Below, in pieces: positions 51,101-62,158 of a stretch of 64,000 nt of DNA (position 1 is its first letter; the number at the start of each line of letters is the position of its first letter). Both the position numbers and the translations under genes were made by a program. This stretch comes from Amoebophrya sp. A120 (Eukaryota > Protista > Dinoflagellata), in NCBI GenBank assembly GCA_905178155.1, contig CAJINV010000008.1:4179420-4243419 (forward strand), read 5' to 3'. The notes under the pieces are model-generated. The model was not told where the DNA came from and searched no databases. It was given only the letters and a program-made list of their open reading frames with translations.

Positions 51101-54100
51101 CGGGCACTCTTCGTCCTACGGGCTAGGCATGGACATAAATCGTTCTCGGCCCTTCTCGTTCTCATGCTCTGCGTGCATGATTATTGATCTACTTCTTGCA
51201 GTTCACCAAATCCCAGAATGATTCTTCCAGGAGGAGGAGACCCAGACATGCTTGCAGTTGATAAACCTCGTGGGTGGACAACCTCTTCAACGGACAGTCC
51301 ACGGACAGCTTCTACTCCTTATGAGACTGCACGACAACTCCCCCTCATTTGTATAGCATGAATGGCAATACGAATACGAGCGTCAGCAAGAATGCCGGTT
51401 TAACATGACAAATTTGCACTGGATTGTAGTGCTATTGAGGCCGCTAGAACTTGTCACGCAAACAGTGCCAAGACACGCGGCGCACCCAGAATTTGGTATT
51501 CTGCATGACAAACGAGGGGAATTGTGCACAATCATACTCCTTTGACGAGTTTTACAATGACGCGCAATACGGCCCCGACTTTGGGTACTATTCCACCGGC
51601 CGGGTAATGGGCGCCGGGAAGCTCGCCCCGGACGCAAACGAGTTTGCGCACTTTACCACCTATCAAATGTAAAAACGTCTGGGTCTGGAAGATTCTGAGA
51701 CTTGTCATGCATGTTTTGCATTGGCCATGATGTCTGTGATGCATGCCCTAGCGTCACATATTTTTTGAGGGCTTCGCGATGCCTATTCCGCGTGACAAAT
51801 GCCCTCTCCGCGTAGCAAAAATTGCGTTCCCTTTGCTGCTCATGCAATACAGATTTTTTTGGAATCCAAATTCAGCATCACAAGTTGCATACTTCCAGAC
51901 CCAGACACTTTTACATTTGATACCACCTTTCCCATGGCCATCGCCCCGCACTTCGGCCGCGTGCTCATGCGCGCCGTGTACCTTATCAAGTACAAATAGG
52001 TCTGGGTCTGGCAAGCTGGAACTTGTAAATGCGTATCGTGCATTTCTGACAAAGTTGTGCTGCGGGAACAGTAGAAGCGGAGCTTACTTTCTCATGCAAT
52101 TATCGAAATCTGTGATGCGTGCTATGTATTTATTAGAAGCCATTCCAAAAACCTGTCGCGCTTGCCTGCCATTGCAAGCGTCCTAATCATCCGCAAAGCA
52201 GCTGCATCACAACTTGCCAGAAGAACGCCACGAGACAGTTTTGCAATGCATATGCCTAATGTGGAGGCGAAAACGCAGAATGGAGCTCGCCCTCGAGGCC
52301 AACGCGCGCGGAGCAGAAGGACTCCCAGGGCACCACGACGCGTCGTCCTCACCTCAGGTAGATGGGGATCATAGTACCGGAGCTCTGTCTAAGAATACCT
52401 CCACGGAGGAAATATTTCAGGTGGTGGAGATGGGTGCGGGTTCGGGACAGCTGGGCAAGGACATCCGGGACTGCGTACTGGAAAACTGCTTGGGGCTGAG
52501 CCCCAAGCTCGACCGGGAATGGAAGGCAGCCTTTCGCTACACGATTCTGGAACGCAGCCCGGCGCTCGCGGAGCGCCAGCGCGAACGCGGGCTGGAGGTC
52601 ATCGTGCAGGACGCGCAGACGCTCAGTGCCTGCGAAGACTTCAAGAGCAAAGCGAAGAGGCCAAGTAAGATAAAAGTACAACTTGCTTTGTGGTATTAAC
52701 TAAAACGTCCTTATTTCTCGGTGAAAACGAAAAGGAAAACTGATGTATTTTGGATTTACACTTTGTAAGCACCGCATTCTTCTTTCAGATTTCACGGCCA
52801 ACGCTGTCATTTCCAATGAGCTCATCGACGCTTTCGCCCCTGTGAAGCTGAAGCTTTCGGTTTTCGACCTGGACAATGTGGACCCCGCTCGCTGCAGTTC
52901 CTGGACAGAGATGAAATTGCTTCACCTCATCAAGATTCGGGTATTATCTTGTTCCTATCAATATCAATATGCTAATAAAATCAAGGTAGTAGTGATGACG
53001 CTACTAGTACCTGCAGATTAATTATTTCTCTGCTTCCTCACAGAGAAAAAACTCGTCCGCGTTGGACTAGTTCTAGCGATTTTTAGTGCTGCGCTTTCAA
53101 AGGAACTAGCTTTGTGTATTTCGCAGGAGAATGATTTTTCCACAGGACGTGATGGGTCTCTTCGCGCAGCAGCTGGGCATTCGCGAACCCAAGCGCATCG
53201 TGAAGGAATTGCAGACGTTTACTGACACGTTTTTTTGCACGGCGATGCAAACAAGCGTGGGGCAGGCGGCCATGAGCATCGTGCCGCGCAACACCACCTG
53301 CATGACCGTGGTCCTGGCGATGAGCAACCTGATGGAGACGTCCAACCTGCAAATTCCCGCGGCCTCGAATAACGTGCGTCTCAGGCTGCGCAAGGACCCG
53401 ATCGTGCAAGCCAACCTGCGGAAGCAGGTGCGCGAGTTGGAGAAGGAGCTCAACGGGTTCCTGGCCATCCCGCGGAACATTTACCAGGAGCTCCGCCGGG
53501 GGCTGAAGGAGCGGGGGAATCTGCACGAGAACCTGGACGTCACCTTTCTCATCGCCGCCAAGACCAAACGGCTGTCGGTCCCGATTTCGCCGGACCGGTG
53601 CCAGTCCGCCAACATCGGCGCCTTCCTGAAGCGGCACACCGAGCGGAACAAGCGGCTCGCAAAATTCTATCACGATCTGGGCTACCCCTCGCTGTACGTG
53701 GTCATGCGCCCGGGGGAAGAGGAGTTTCTGAAGCTCACCGATTGCCTGATCGGAGACAGTGGCGGCCACGTGTTGACCATCGACTACGGCGCGAGCTACG
53801 AACCCCTGGCGAACTCGCTCAGCGTGGACCCGAGCTACGACGGCATTTTTGTTCCCCCCATTCCGCACCATCTCATGGAGGAGCTTCCGCACTGCCACGG
53901 GGACTGGACCACGTGCGCCGGGAGGATCGACTGGACCACCTTCGTGGACTTCACGAACATGGCCGCCGCGGGCCAGGAGCTCGGCTACGAGACGGTGTGG
54001 TACGGACCCCAGAGCTTTCTCGAGCAGATGTCCAGCCTCAGTGTGAACGAGGACGCTGTGGTGGCGGATCACAACACGGAGACGCACCCCGGGCGGGCCA

Positions 54101-55620
54101 CAAGCCCACCGCTTCCCGGAGCCAAACCGCGTAAGAACCTGGTGGTCGTGAAGGAGGAGCCAACGGAGGGCTACAGCACCATCGAAAACGTGGACTGGGT
54201 GAACCGCCACGCAATCAACTGGTACGGTCCAGAAAAGGCGGAACCTTGGCAGCAACGCTGGACCGGGTTCAAAGCACTCCTGCAGCGGGTTCCGCCCACG
54301 TTGGCCTACCTCGAGCGGAAGCAGTTTGCGCCGGCGTTGGGCGATTTCGTCACCACAATATCCTGTGCAAAACGAAAACTGTATCGTAGTCGTCTGAATT
54401 GCGCTCTCGTCCTGTCGACTTCGAGACGCATCTACTTACGTTTTTACTTGAAGCTTCATGGCGAAGCCTATTTTTTGTCTTCAATCAAAACAGCAGGATC
54501 TTCCACACGATTTTACTTGATACTAAAACGAAGGTAGTTTTGCAAAAATGCATACACGACCTCAACAAGCAGCTCCTCTCGAGCTGCAACCGGCGCAGCG
54601 AGTGGAAGTACTAAAGCGCAAGCTGCTGTTGCCGCGCAACATGCAGTCCCGAAGAGCAGCCAGACCACGCTGGCACCGTCGTCCGCCAAAAATCGTGTGA
54701 ACAGTGCGCAACTGACGGAGCAGATCGCCCTCGAACGCTTGCTATCAGACGCAAGAAAAACGAAACATCACTCATTATCAAACTTCCGTCTTGAAATTGA
54801 TGAGATGATATGAATTTCGAGTGCCCGTCGATGTTGTGTCAACCCCCAAATTGTTTTTTCCTTTCAGGTACGAAAAAGACCAGGCGAAACCGCCGAAGAA
54901 TTTGCATGCTGCACTGGGGAAACATTGCATGCAGCGATGTCACAGAAGAGTGCTCGCGGGCTGAAAAAGATCATGACAGTCAAGAACTCCTTAATGTAAG
55001 TCCAACCGGACAGAACGAGCTACCTAAAAACACATGGTGATGGATGAAGTTCTGATTTTCCGCGTTCATTCCGTTCGTCAGAGGTTGAGGCGACGCTCGC
55101 CGCCACGGGGCGCCGGGCACACAGAGGACTCGAGGAAGTTGCAGCGATGAGCGAAATAAGGGCAGAAGCATCCTCCGGTGCCAAAAGGGAAAACGACAAA
55201 ACCTCGGCAGGTGGAACAAGTGTGATCGCAGGGGCAAACGTTTCCAGTAACGCGACTGGTTCTAGTACCGCAAGCTCAGGGACTGGTAGTAAAGCCTCAA
55301 CGGCGGCAGGCACTGGAACCGCGCCGACGGCGATCATGCCGACAAAGACTACAACGACCGAGCATCACTACGACATCGTGCAGTTTCCGACCTGGCACTT
55401 GGACTCGACAGACATCGACAGTTGTTGGTTGTTTGATCCCACGAACATGCCTATTGCGGATTGGTCGAGCATCAACTCGATAGCAACGAACGCCACCACA
55501 AGGCAAGTGCTCTCCGTACTGAACGTGGATGTAGACCGCGCGCTGGGGGAGCGGTACGCGATGGGCTACGAAGACGCGCAGTTGGCCGTGCGTCTCGTAG
55601 ATTTTCTCGTGAAGAGTTAG
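48183..55620 (+). CDS. Large protein: disordered N-terminus, hydrophobic segment, CW...CC Cys repeats, NDUFAF7/MidA-like SAM methyltransferase domain; 3' end may extend further
   Basis: YS|FDEFYNDAQYGPDFGYYSTGRVMG..HFTT|FPMAIAPHFGRVL, VVEMGAGSGQLGKDI, YTILERSPALAERQR, ISNELIDAF, VLTIDYG, GRIDWTTFVDFTNM, YGPQSFL and FKALLQ follow the MidA/DUF185 motif order. Nine elements are removed. Confidence 0.85.
49669..49934. mobile_element. Introner element, family A-like
   Basis: TSD ctcgg/ctcgg; tatg...gata. Confidence 0.85.
50000..50294. mobile_element. Introner element, family A-like
   Basis: Flanks ctgct/ttgct; tatccactgcaaaggtgtct ... agacatgtttgcaggtgatg. Confidence 0.8.
50347..50622. mobile_element. 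Introner element, family A-like
   Basis: Flanks tggga/tggca; tatggcttgcaaata ... tatttgcaatgcata. Confidence 0.85.
50961..51263. mobile_element. Introner element, family A-like
   Basis: Flanks tacct/aacct; tacgcattgcaaatatgt ... acatgcttgcagttgata. Confidence 0.8.
51320..51536. mobile_element. Introner element
   Basis: TSD ctcct/ctcct; tatgagactgcacgacaactccccctc ... gaggggaattgtgcacaatcata. Confidence 0.88.
51661..51922. mobile_element. Introner element, family A (close relative of 3153-3414)
   Basis: TSD ccacc/ccacc; same 262-nt length and collinear body as 3153-3414. Confidence 0.96.
51984..52252. mobile_element. Introner element, family A
   Basis: Flanks tacct/tgcct; tatcaagtacaaataggtctgggtctgg ... 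tttgcaatgcata. Confidence 0.85.
54359..54554. mobile_element. Introner element
   Basis: Flanks cacaa/cacga; tatcctgtgcaaaac ... gttttgcaaaaatgcata. Confidence 0.8.
54743..55070. mobile_element. Degenerate introner element
   Basis: tatcagacgcaagaaaa ... ttttccgcgttcatt; 333-nt in-frame removal, also marked by direct repeat tcaga at 54745 and 55078. Confidence 0.6.
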
Positions 55621-58600
55621 GGATGAAGGCAGCCGTGTGGTTTCTGGGGATGGAACTGCGAAGCCGCACAGGTCTCTGTTGACCTTGCGGGTGCTGGTTT
55701 TATTTTTGCCATGACATAGAAGAGAGCTGCCCGCGTGTCCAGTGCCGCTTGGAAACGCAGCATAGGTACTTGCCAGCGGATTTGCAATTGGCTTCGACCG
55801 CACAAGACTAGTTGAGTACTACGCACGTCCTTGGGAAAGCTCGGGGACATCAATCTCTTCCGTACTCTTGCATTGCAGCCGGTGCTAGCAGGTTTGTCGT
55901 GCAAAAACTACATTGCTGCAAGTATCTAAAGTTTGTGTGATGCGCTACGATCTGACTGTGACGTCCGCCATATACCATTCCCGATACCACGAATGTTACA
56001 TTTCTACTATCAAACTGAGAGTGGTGCCCCGCTCTCAGAGGACGCGAACTCTATTTGTGCATCTCGATTTTTATGCAGCATGCATCCAAACGGGTTTTCG
56101 TTTTAGTTTTAGAAGCGAAAGCCTGTGATCTTAGGCTTCCGGAAGGAATGAAAAGTATGAATAGATGCAGCGGGCCTTGTCTGTTATTTCCGCTGCTTTA
56201 AACGTTCAGATTCAGGGGATAGAAGCTTGTGGTCCCAGCAAACACAAAGAGCGTGCTCCATTTTTGCAAGGTCTCGGGAGGAGGACGGGGCACTACTTTC
56301 TACTGTGATGCCTGGAAAAGTCAGGGGTGCAACGCGATGTCGAATCCGGACAGTATCAGTTTGAAATGGAAACCGTGGATGAGGGAAAGGTATAAAACGT
56401 GTAAAGTTGGCAATCAGGATTGTAAGTTATCCGGTTTTTTTCGCGATATGACTGTTTTTCTCTTTTTTTTCTAATTACACTAGTTGCGAAAATCGTGCCA
56501 GCTCTAGATTTAGATCGCGCGCCCCCGCCCGCAGAACACAGCACAAGGAGGTTCCTGCTTGCAAATTTTGGTATGGTGCAAACTGTTCGCGCTGTCTACA
56601 TGCGAAAGTAGAGCAAGACATGGAAATTCCATCATTCTGCACGAAAAGGTGGCTGCCCGTGTGGAAGGAGGACGTGCTGCATATGAAAAAGAAAAGCGTT
56701 TCTGAAGCATATAGTACGACCCAGTAAAAACTTTGCAGTTGTTTTTTGTGTTGCATCAGTGCATTTTGCATTTCGCCTCCGACACTAACTCAACAAAGTA
56801 CTCGAGTTCCTCACTGAACGTGGTGTCAGCGAGCCTTCCGGATTTTCGCCAGTCGCGGTACCTCTAGAAGTAATCTGAGAAAAAAAAATGCGCGTGTCAT
56901 TGATTCTGACGCATTGAATAAAAGGAAGCACGGTGTTCTGGACTCATATTCCGTCGTGGGGGGTCGCGGTGCCGCGGGCGCTTTTTAGTTTGATGTTGCA
57001 GCGCGTGGGCCCTGCAGTGATGAGCATGTTGCGGTTGGAAGCGCAGAATGCGGCAATCGATATCCAACACAAAAGGGCACGTGCACCACAAAGGAGATGT
57101 GTTACAAGATTGCTGTGACTGATGAAAAACTATGCAATGAATGTAGAGACGTCTGCTACGGAAACAAAAGCTTTTTGTTTTTTTCCAGGCAAAATGAAAC
57201 TCATACTTCCCTGCGCGAAGCCCGCGAGAAGGAGACGTTTCAGTTTTTCATGCTGACCAGACCCGAGGAGACTGTGGTCATGTTGACGTGGAGAGTTGTT
57301 CGCTGCTACTTATCCATATGCATGAGTGTACTTTTCTGTAGGATAATCGGGCGCCACTATCCCTATGAGTGTCTCGCGGCACAGACGTTTCGCGTGATGT
57401 GCGGCCACACGCTAACACAGCGACTGATGTAGTAGTACCTCTGCGCGGCGCGAAAAGACGAAGCAGCGCAGAATGGGTGCGAAGGAGCTTAGATCCAGCA
57501 GCTCCTGCAGCACGGTAACCGACGAGGAGTAGGATCATTTTCTGACCGAGCGGAATTCCCGGTGGGCAGCGGTGAGGCGGATTGCCTATCGGACGACACA
57601 ACCTCCGACTCTGCGTCCCCCTCCGCTGGCAATTGTTGCTTGTACCTACAAAGTATCGCATCTAGTCTTGGTTTCCTAAACTCTCTCTGTACCACACTCT
57701 CCAGAACCCCAGACAGAACCGACATTCGTTCTGTTGGACCTTCAGCCGCGCCTTTGGGTACCATGGGTGCTGGCAGCAACAGAAAGTTTATTTGCACGAG
57801 GGATTTTACTCGCGCAGCAGGGACAGCCAAATAAAAGCCAACGTTTCCCGCACAAAATCGGGCACTGTGCCTGTTGCAGACATCTTTTAGCAAAAAATTA
57901 TTCTTGGGATTTTGATTATGATTTTTTAAATTTTTTTCTCAGCTTTACTTACTCAACTCTGTTCTTTCGGTTTCTCGGCCCACTCAGAGCGATTCCATAC
58001 TGATACGCGCCATTTCTTGGTGAACATAGCGATTGCCAGCGGGTCATACCTCACATCTGACCGCAGGTGTCTCTGCATTGATTTTAGGTTTGTCGTCAAA
58101 AGAGGGATTCTAACAGGCAATGTGCAGGAAGATGGAATTCACGACAGTGACGTGTCCTGATCGCGCGAAGTGTTGGTGTGCTGGATCACTATACGACCTA
58201 GCCGAGTTTTCAAGTGTTGGTGTGCTTGCTCCTTTGAAATGGTAATTAGGCCAAATTTGAAGATCCTCCGTTCTGTTTCGACTAAACAAGAGTACTATCT
58301 TCAGCCTCGACTTGTGAAACCAGCGCTGATCTTCGCCCCACTAGAGCAGACATGCAACCTACTCAAATTATTTCACATCGGCAGAATGATCATCAGATAA
58401 AGGTCTTGTGGAGAACGACAGCTCTGGAAAAGAAGTGCAGCTCACATCCATCGGAAGAGCCGCGAATTCCAATTCTGTAAGTTTTAAATTGTCGAGATCC
58501 AGCCGGCCTCATAAGAAATAATTACACGTTTTAGAGAAACCAAACGAAGATGTTGTGGATCTAAATCTGGTTCGTAAGCCTCTAAATAAATTAGGTTCCA

Positions 58601-58868
58601 ATATGCCCGCCCATCGTTCCCAAATCTAAAGATCATTTGAAAGTCGGAGATCAGAAATGAAGAATGTTCCGCGCGTTGCAAATATTTCCTGCAACTGATG
58701 CTTAAAAGAAAATCTTGATGGAGACACCTTCTCCGACCCATGTTGTGTCGTCTAAAACCAATGCAATTTTCTAAATATTTATGTTCATGAATCGCTTCCA
58801 GGGAAACGAAGGTTGGATTAACTTCCACGTTGACTTCTAGTCGCAACAAAAAACTCCACTCAAACAAA

Positions 58869-59230
58869 ATGGCCTCTCTTCTCGGTGTCCACCCGCGCAA
58901 CTACGGTCCGGGTTCCCGCAAGTGCCGCGTCTGTGGTATTCAATGATATTTTTTCATTTGTTTTCGGAAGAAGGATAGGTTTTTAGTTTTTTTAGGTTGC
59001 TTTCCCGGAATGTCTTTTGGCCATTAATCGCAACAGGAAGTAACATACAAGGTGATTATTGAATGCCGAAGAGCTCTAGTATCTCAGTCCAGGCAAAGAA
59101 CCATAATATCAACCAATTCGCCCTCATTACAGGTAACCAGCACGCCTTGGTCCGCAAGTACGGTATTAACATCTGCCGTCAGTGCTTCCGCGAGCGCGCG
59201 ACCCAGATCGGCTTCGTCAAGTACCAGTAA
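58869..59230 (+). CDS. RPS29: 40S ribosomal protein S29 (uS14); exons 58869-58935, 59133-59230
   Basis: [23 protein letters not shown]|[31 protein letters not shown], with one GT-AG intron. Missed by the ORF track. Confidence 0.97.
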
Positions 59231-62158
59231 GGTGCACCTTGAGAAGGAGAGGAGGGCAGGATCCTTCGACAGGAGTAGACACGACGCGCTGCTTCTGGTT
59301 TGGTCCAACCCTTGAGATTGATGACGGGACACTCTACGTTGCGAAGTACAATGTAATGCTCGCGATAGAAAAGCGGCCTTTGCGTCCTAGAACAAGAACC
59401 GCAATGCACAGTTGAGTGTTGTGCTTCAGTTTCTCTCGGAGTGGTGTTGTAGTGGAAGAATTTTTTCAGTGTGAAAAGCGCCTGGAAACGCTGGAAAAAG
59501 CTTATGGGGTCAAGGAAGTGTGTTCTATGTTGTGCAGCTAGGAGTTTTAGATTCTTCGACACAGTACCGAGAGCATGTAAGGCAGGTTTGCCGCTCCAGG
59601 AGCGGCGCTAGAAAAAGAGTGAGAGAGAGGCAGAGCGAGAATTATACCGCTGACGGAATCAGCGGTATGCATCCTTGAGCAGCGAGTCTCCACTTTCAGT
59701 TGCCCAATTTCATTGAGTAGTGTGGGGAACAGTGGAGAGATGAGTAACTTCTGATCAGAAGACCTTGGTGTCATCAACAGAGGGGAGGTGTGATGACAAA
59801 GTTTCAGACCAGTTCTGGCGTTGCTGTACTCATGCGAAGTGCGGCGCAACAGCGTGTGCCACGCTTGTTTGGAAAAGGTGCGCTCATCAGTTGGACTTCA
59901 TTCGCGTCAGGCTGGTGCTTAGTATGCGCCAAGCGATCTCAGACAGTTGGCGGCCCCGCGAGAACAAAACTTCGTATGCTAAACTAGCGATGATCATGTT
60001 GGGGCGCGCGATCCATCGGCTGGCGCTCCACGCCCACCCTCGCTCGTGTAATACCATGGCGGACAAATTCTTATACACGAGGTTCCGCGATGGCCATGGT
60101 CTCACCAACTCGCGTCTAATGCGTTAGTAAAGTTTTTGCGTGTGGCGCGACACATGTGCCGCCTCATTCTGCACGAGTTCATATGGTAGAGCCCGCGTCG
60201 CGTGGCAGCGACGGGGGGACATGTAGCGATAACCGGAAGTGGCTACCTCATGCACATGGAGACGGATGGTGGAAAAACGCGCTACCTTAAGCTTTTCTTT
60301 AAGGAGGATTCGACGGCCACGATGTCATAGTAGTTCCGATTTAAGCCAAGAAGAGTCCCTTTCCCAGTGGTGTTACCAACCATGTCTTGCGCGGACCCGG
60401 ACCACCTGACGACGCGGCATGACTGGCCACAAAAACGATGCTATGTCCGGTATGATCCAGGACGAGCGGAGACGCAGGGTTTAAGCGCTCGCGTGCTGCA
60501 AGTGTCCACATAAAACCGCAAGGAAGCTCTGCGCTGCACGAAAGCCAGGCCATACGGAGGACCGGACAGGCATCGCGTAGTGTCCAGGTGATGAAACTGA
60601 TGGACAGGTCCATCAGAGCCTGATTCACTCATTAGGCAAAGTCAAAATAGTTTGGAAATCGTTTCTGGATTGGCCCCCGACCCGGACTACCGCAGACAGG
60701 CCTGCCAAAGGAAAGCGCGCTGCATCAGAACCCGAGCCAGTATGGCCGGCGCGGCGCCACCGCAAGTACCCGGAACAGGAGCCCCTGCCTCCAGGAAGCC
60801 TTCGGAAGTTGGCAAAGAATTTGGGACAATTTAAACACATCACAGGTGCCATTCGTTAGCACGCTGTCTCGATGTCTTCTAGTTGTGGAAACTGCGTATA
60901 CTGTGCTGCGCGAGAAATGTCGGTAGTTGATATCTTCTGAAGCGCCGGTCTCTCACATGGAGTTGTGGCGTTTCTAGTTTTGGAAGATCCCGCTATGCTT
61001 ACTTACCGACCATAGCTCGATTCGTGAAGGTTTCAGTGTTGTGGGCAGAGGTCGCCGGAGCCTTTTGTGGGCAGATGGTGCGCAGTGAAATCTCACCTAG
61101 CCAGACGCTGATAGAAACAAACTTCGATGTTCGCTTTTGCATTTGGTGCTTTTTGTCGGGAAAAGCAGGATTATAAGGTGAGCACGAAAGAGGAACAGTC
61201 GAGCATGACACGGGTCGGTCAGTTTTTTTGATTTATGTGGATTCATGTAATACTTCTGCGATAATAAAAGTGAGAGTAAGCGATGTTTCAGTCTTGTGGA
61301 TGAGTGAATAATGATGCGACTGCGATCGCAATATGTCTGTGTCCTTACCTCCTTCACGAATGGAATGGTTGATGTTTCGTTTTTTTTGGTTCCCGGAGAG
61401 GTCTCTGGTGCTGCTTTGTTGCCAGGCATCCGCTGGCAACGTTTACTCGAGTGCTACCAAAGTAAGAGAGGACAAGTAGGGCACTGATTCGGTCTAGTTC
61501 CGTTTTTGTTGGAAACCTAATGTGCGATGGGCGGTATATCCTTTTTATGAGAGAAACTGACTGCAATGCTATACCAGGGACTGTGGTGAGTTTGAAGTGT
61601 CTTGTCCACGAATTATATCCCGCTCCCCACTCGACCGAACTGTAGGAATTGCAACTTTGAAAAGAAGTTGTAAGTACGGAAGACGGACAAGAGAAGTGCG
61701 TTCAGTGTTTCAAAGGTTGAGCTTAAGAAAAAACAAAAAACATGGGTTACGACACGGCTCCGTCGGCCATTTATGATTCGGAAAAAGAGCGTACCGATGT
61801 GGATATGATACGGCATGCTGTAACGCGCAGCGACGCTGATATACGGCCTTTCTGATGCAAGGTCAACATGATGCATCAAGCAACTTTGCCTTCGCAGGCG
61901 TGAATTGCAGTCCCCTGCAACGCCTAGATCATTATGACAAGAATTCCTGGTGCGACCGCGTGTGTCGGTTGCACGTGAGCCATCCCGTCGCGTTTTGCGC
62001 GTCACTTTCGCGGCGATGTTTGCAAGACATGAAACAGCATTTGCATTTTTGAAACAAAAAGTACGCTTTCCGGCCCCTCCATATTCTCCACGCCTCGCAG
62101 CTGCGCGCTGTCGCACGCTTGGCACTGGACAACGAAGGTTTGATCGCGTCCCACCCAG

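Noticed and set aside
2974-52052. Recurrent short ORFs with PDPDIF / FQTQTF / CLGLE / MSGSG peptides as a repeated protein or transposase
   Set aside because: They are translations of the family A TIR in different frames; short, stop-ridden and lacking any DDE motif.
49669-52252. CRISPR-like array (repeats with short unique spacers)
   Set aside because: Repeats are inverted pairs around 200-300 nt bodies, the 'spacers' are in-frame exons, and no cas genes are present.
53083-54255. 390-aa minus-strand ORF (also 1667-2323, 13285-13974, 26843-27535)
   Set aside because: Antisense shadows of GC3-rich plus-strand exons; no motifs.
56229-57432. Possible exons (e.g. GVAVPRALFSLMLQRVGPAVMSMLRLEAQ, START-like helix) or continuation of the MidA-like gene
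   Set aside because: Could not build an unambiguous in-frame model.
1340-59230. Stop-codon reassignment to explain broken ORFs (reported for one Amoebophrya lineage)
   Set aside because: Reconstructed exons contain no in-frame stops, and genes end at TAA, TAG or TGA at expected positions (importin, TAT, RPS29).
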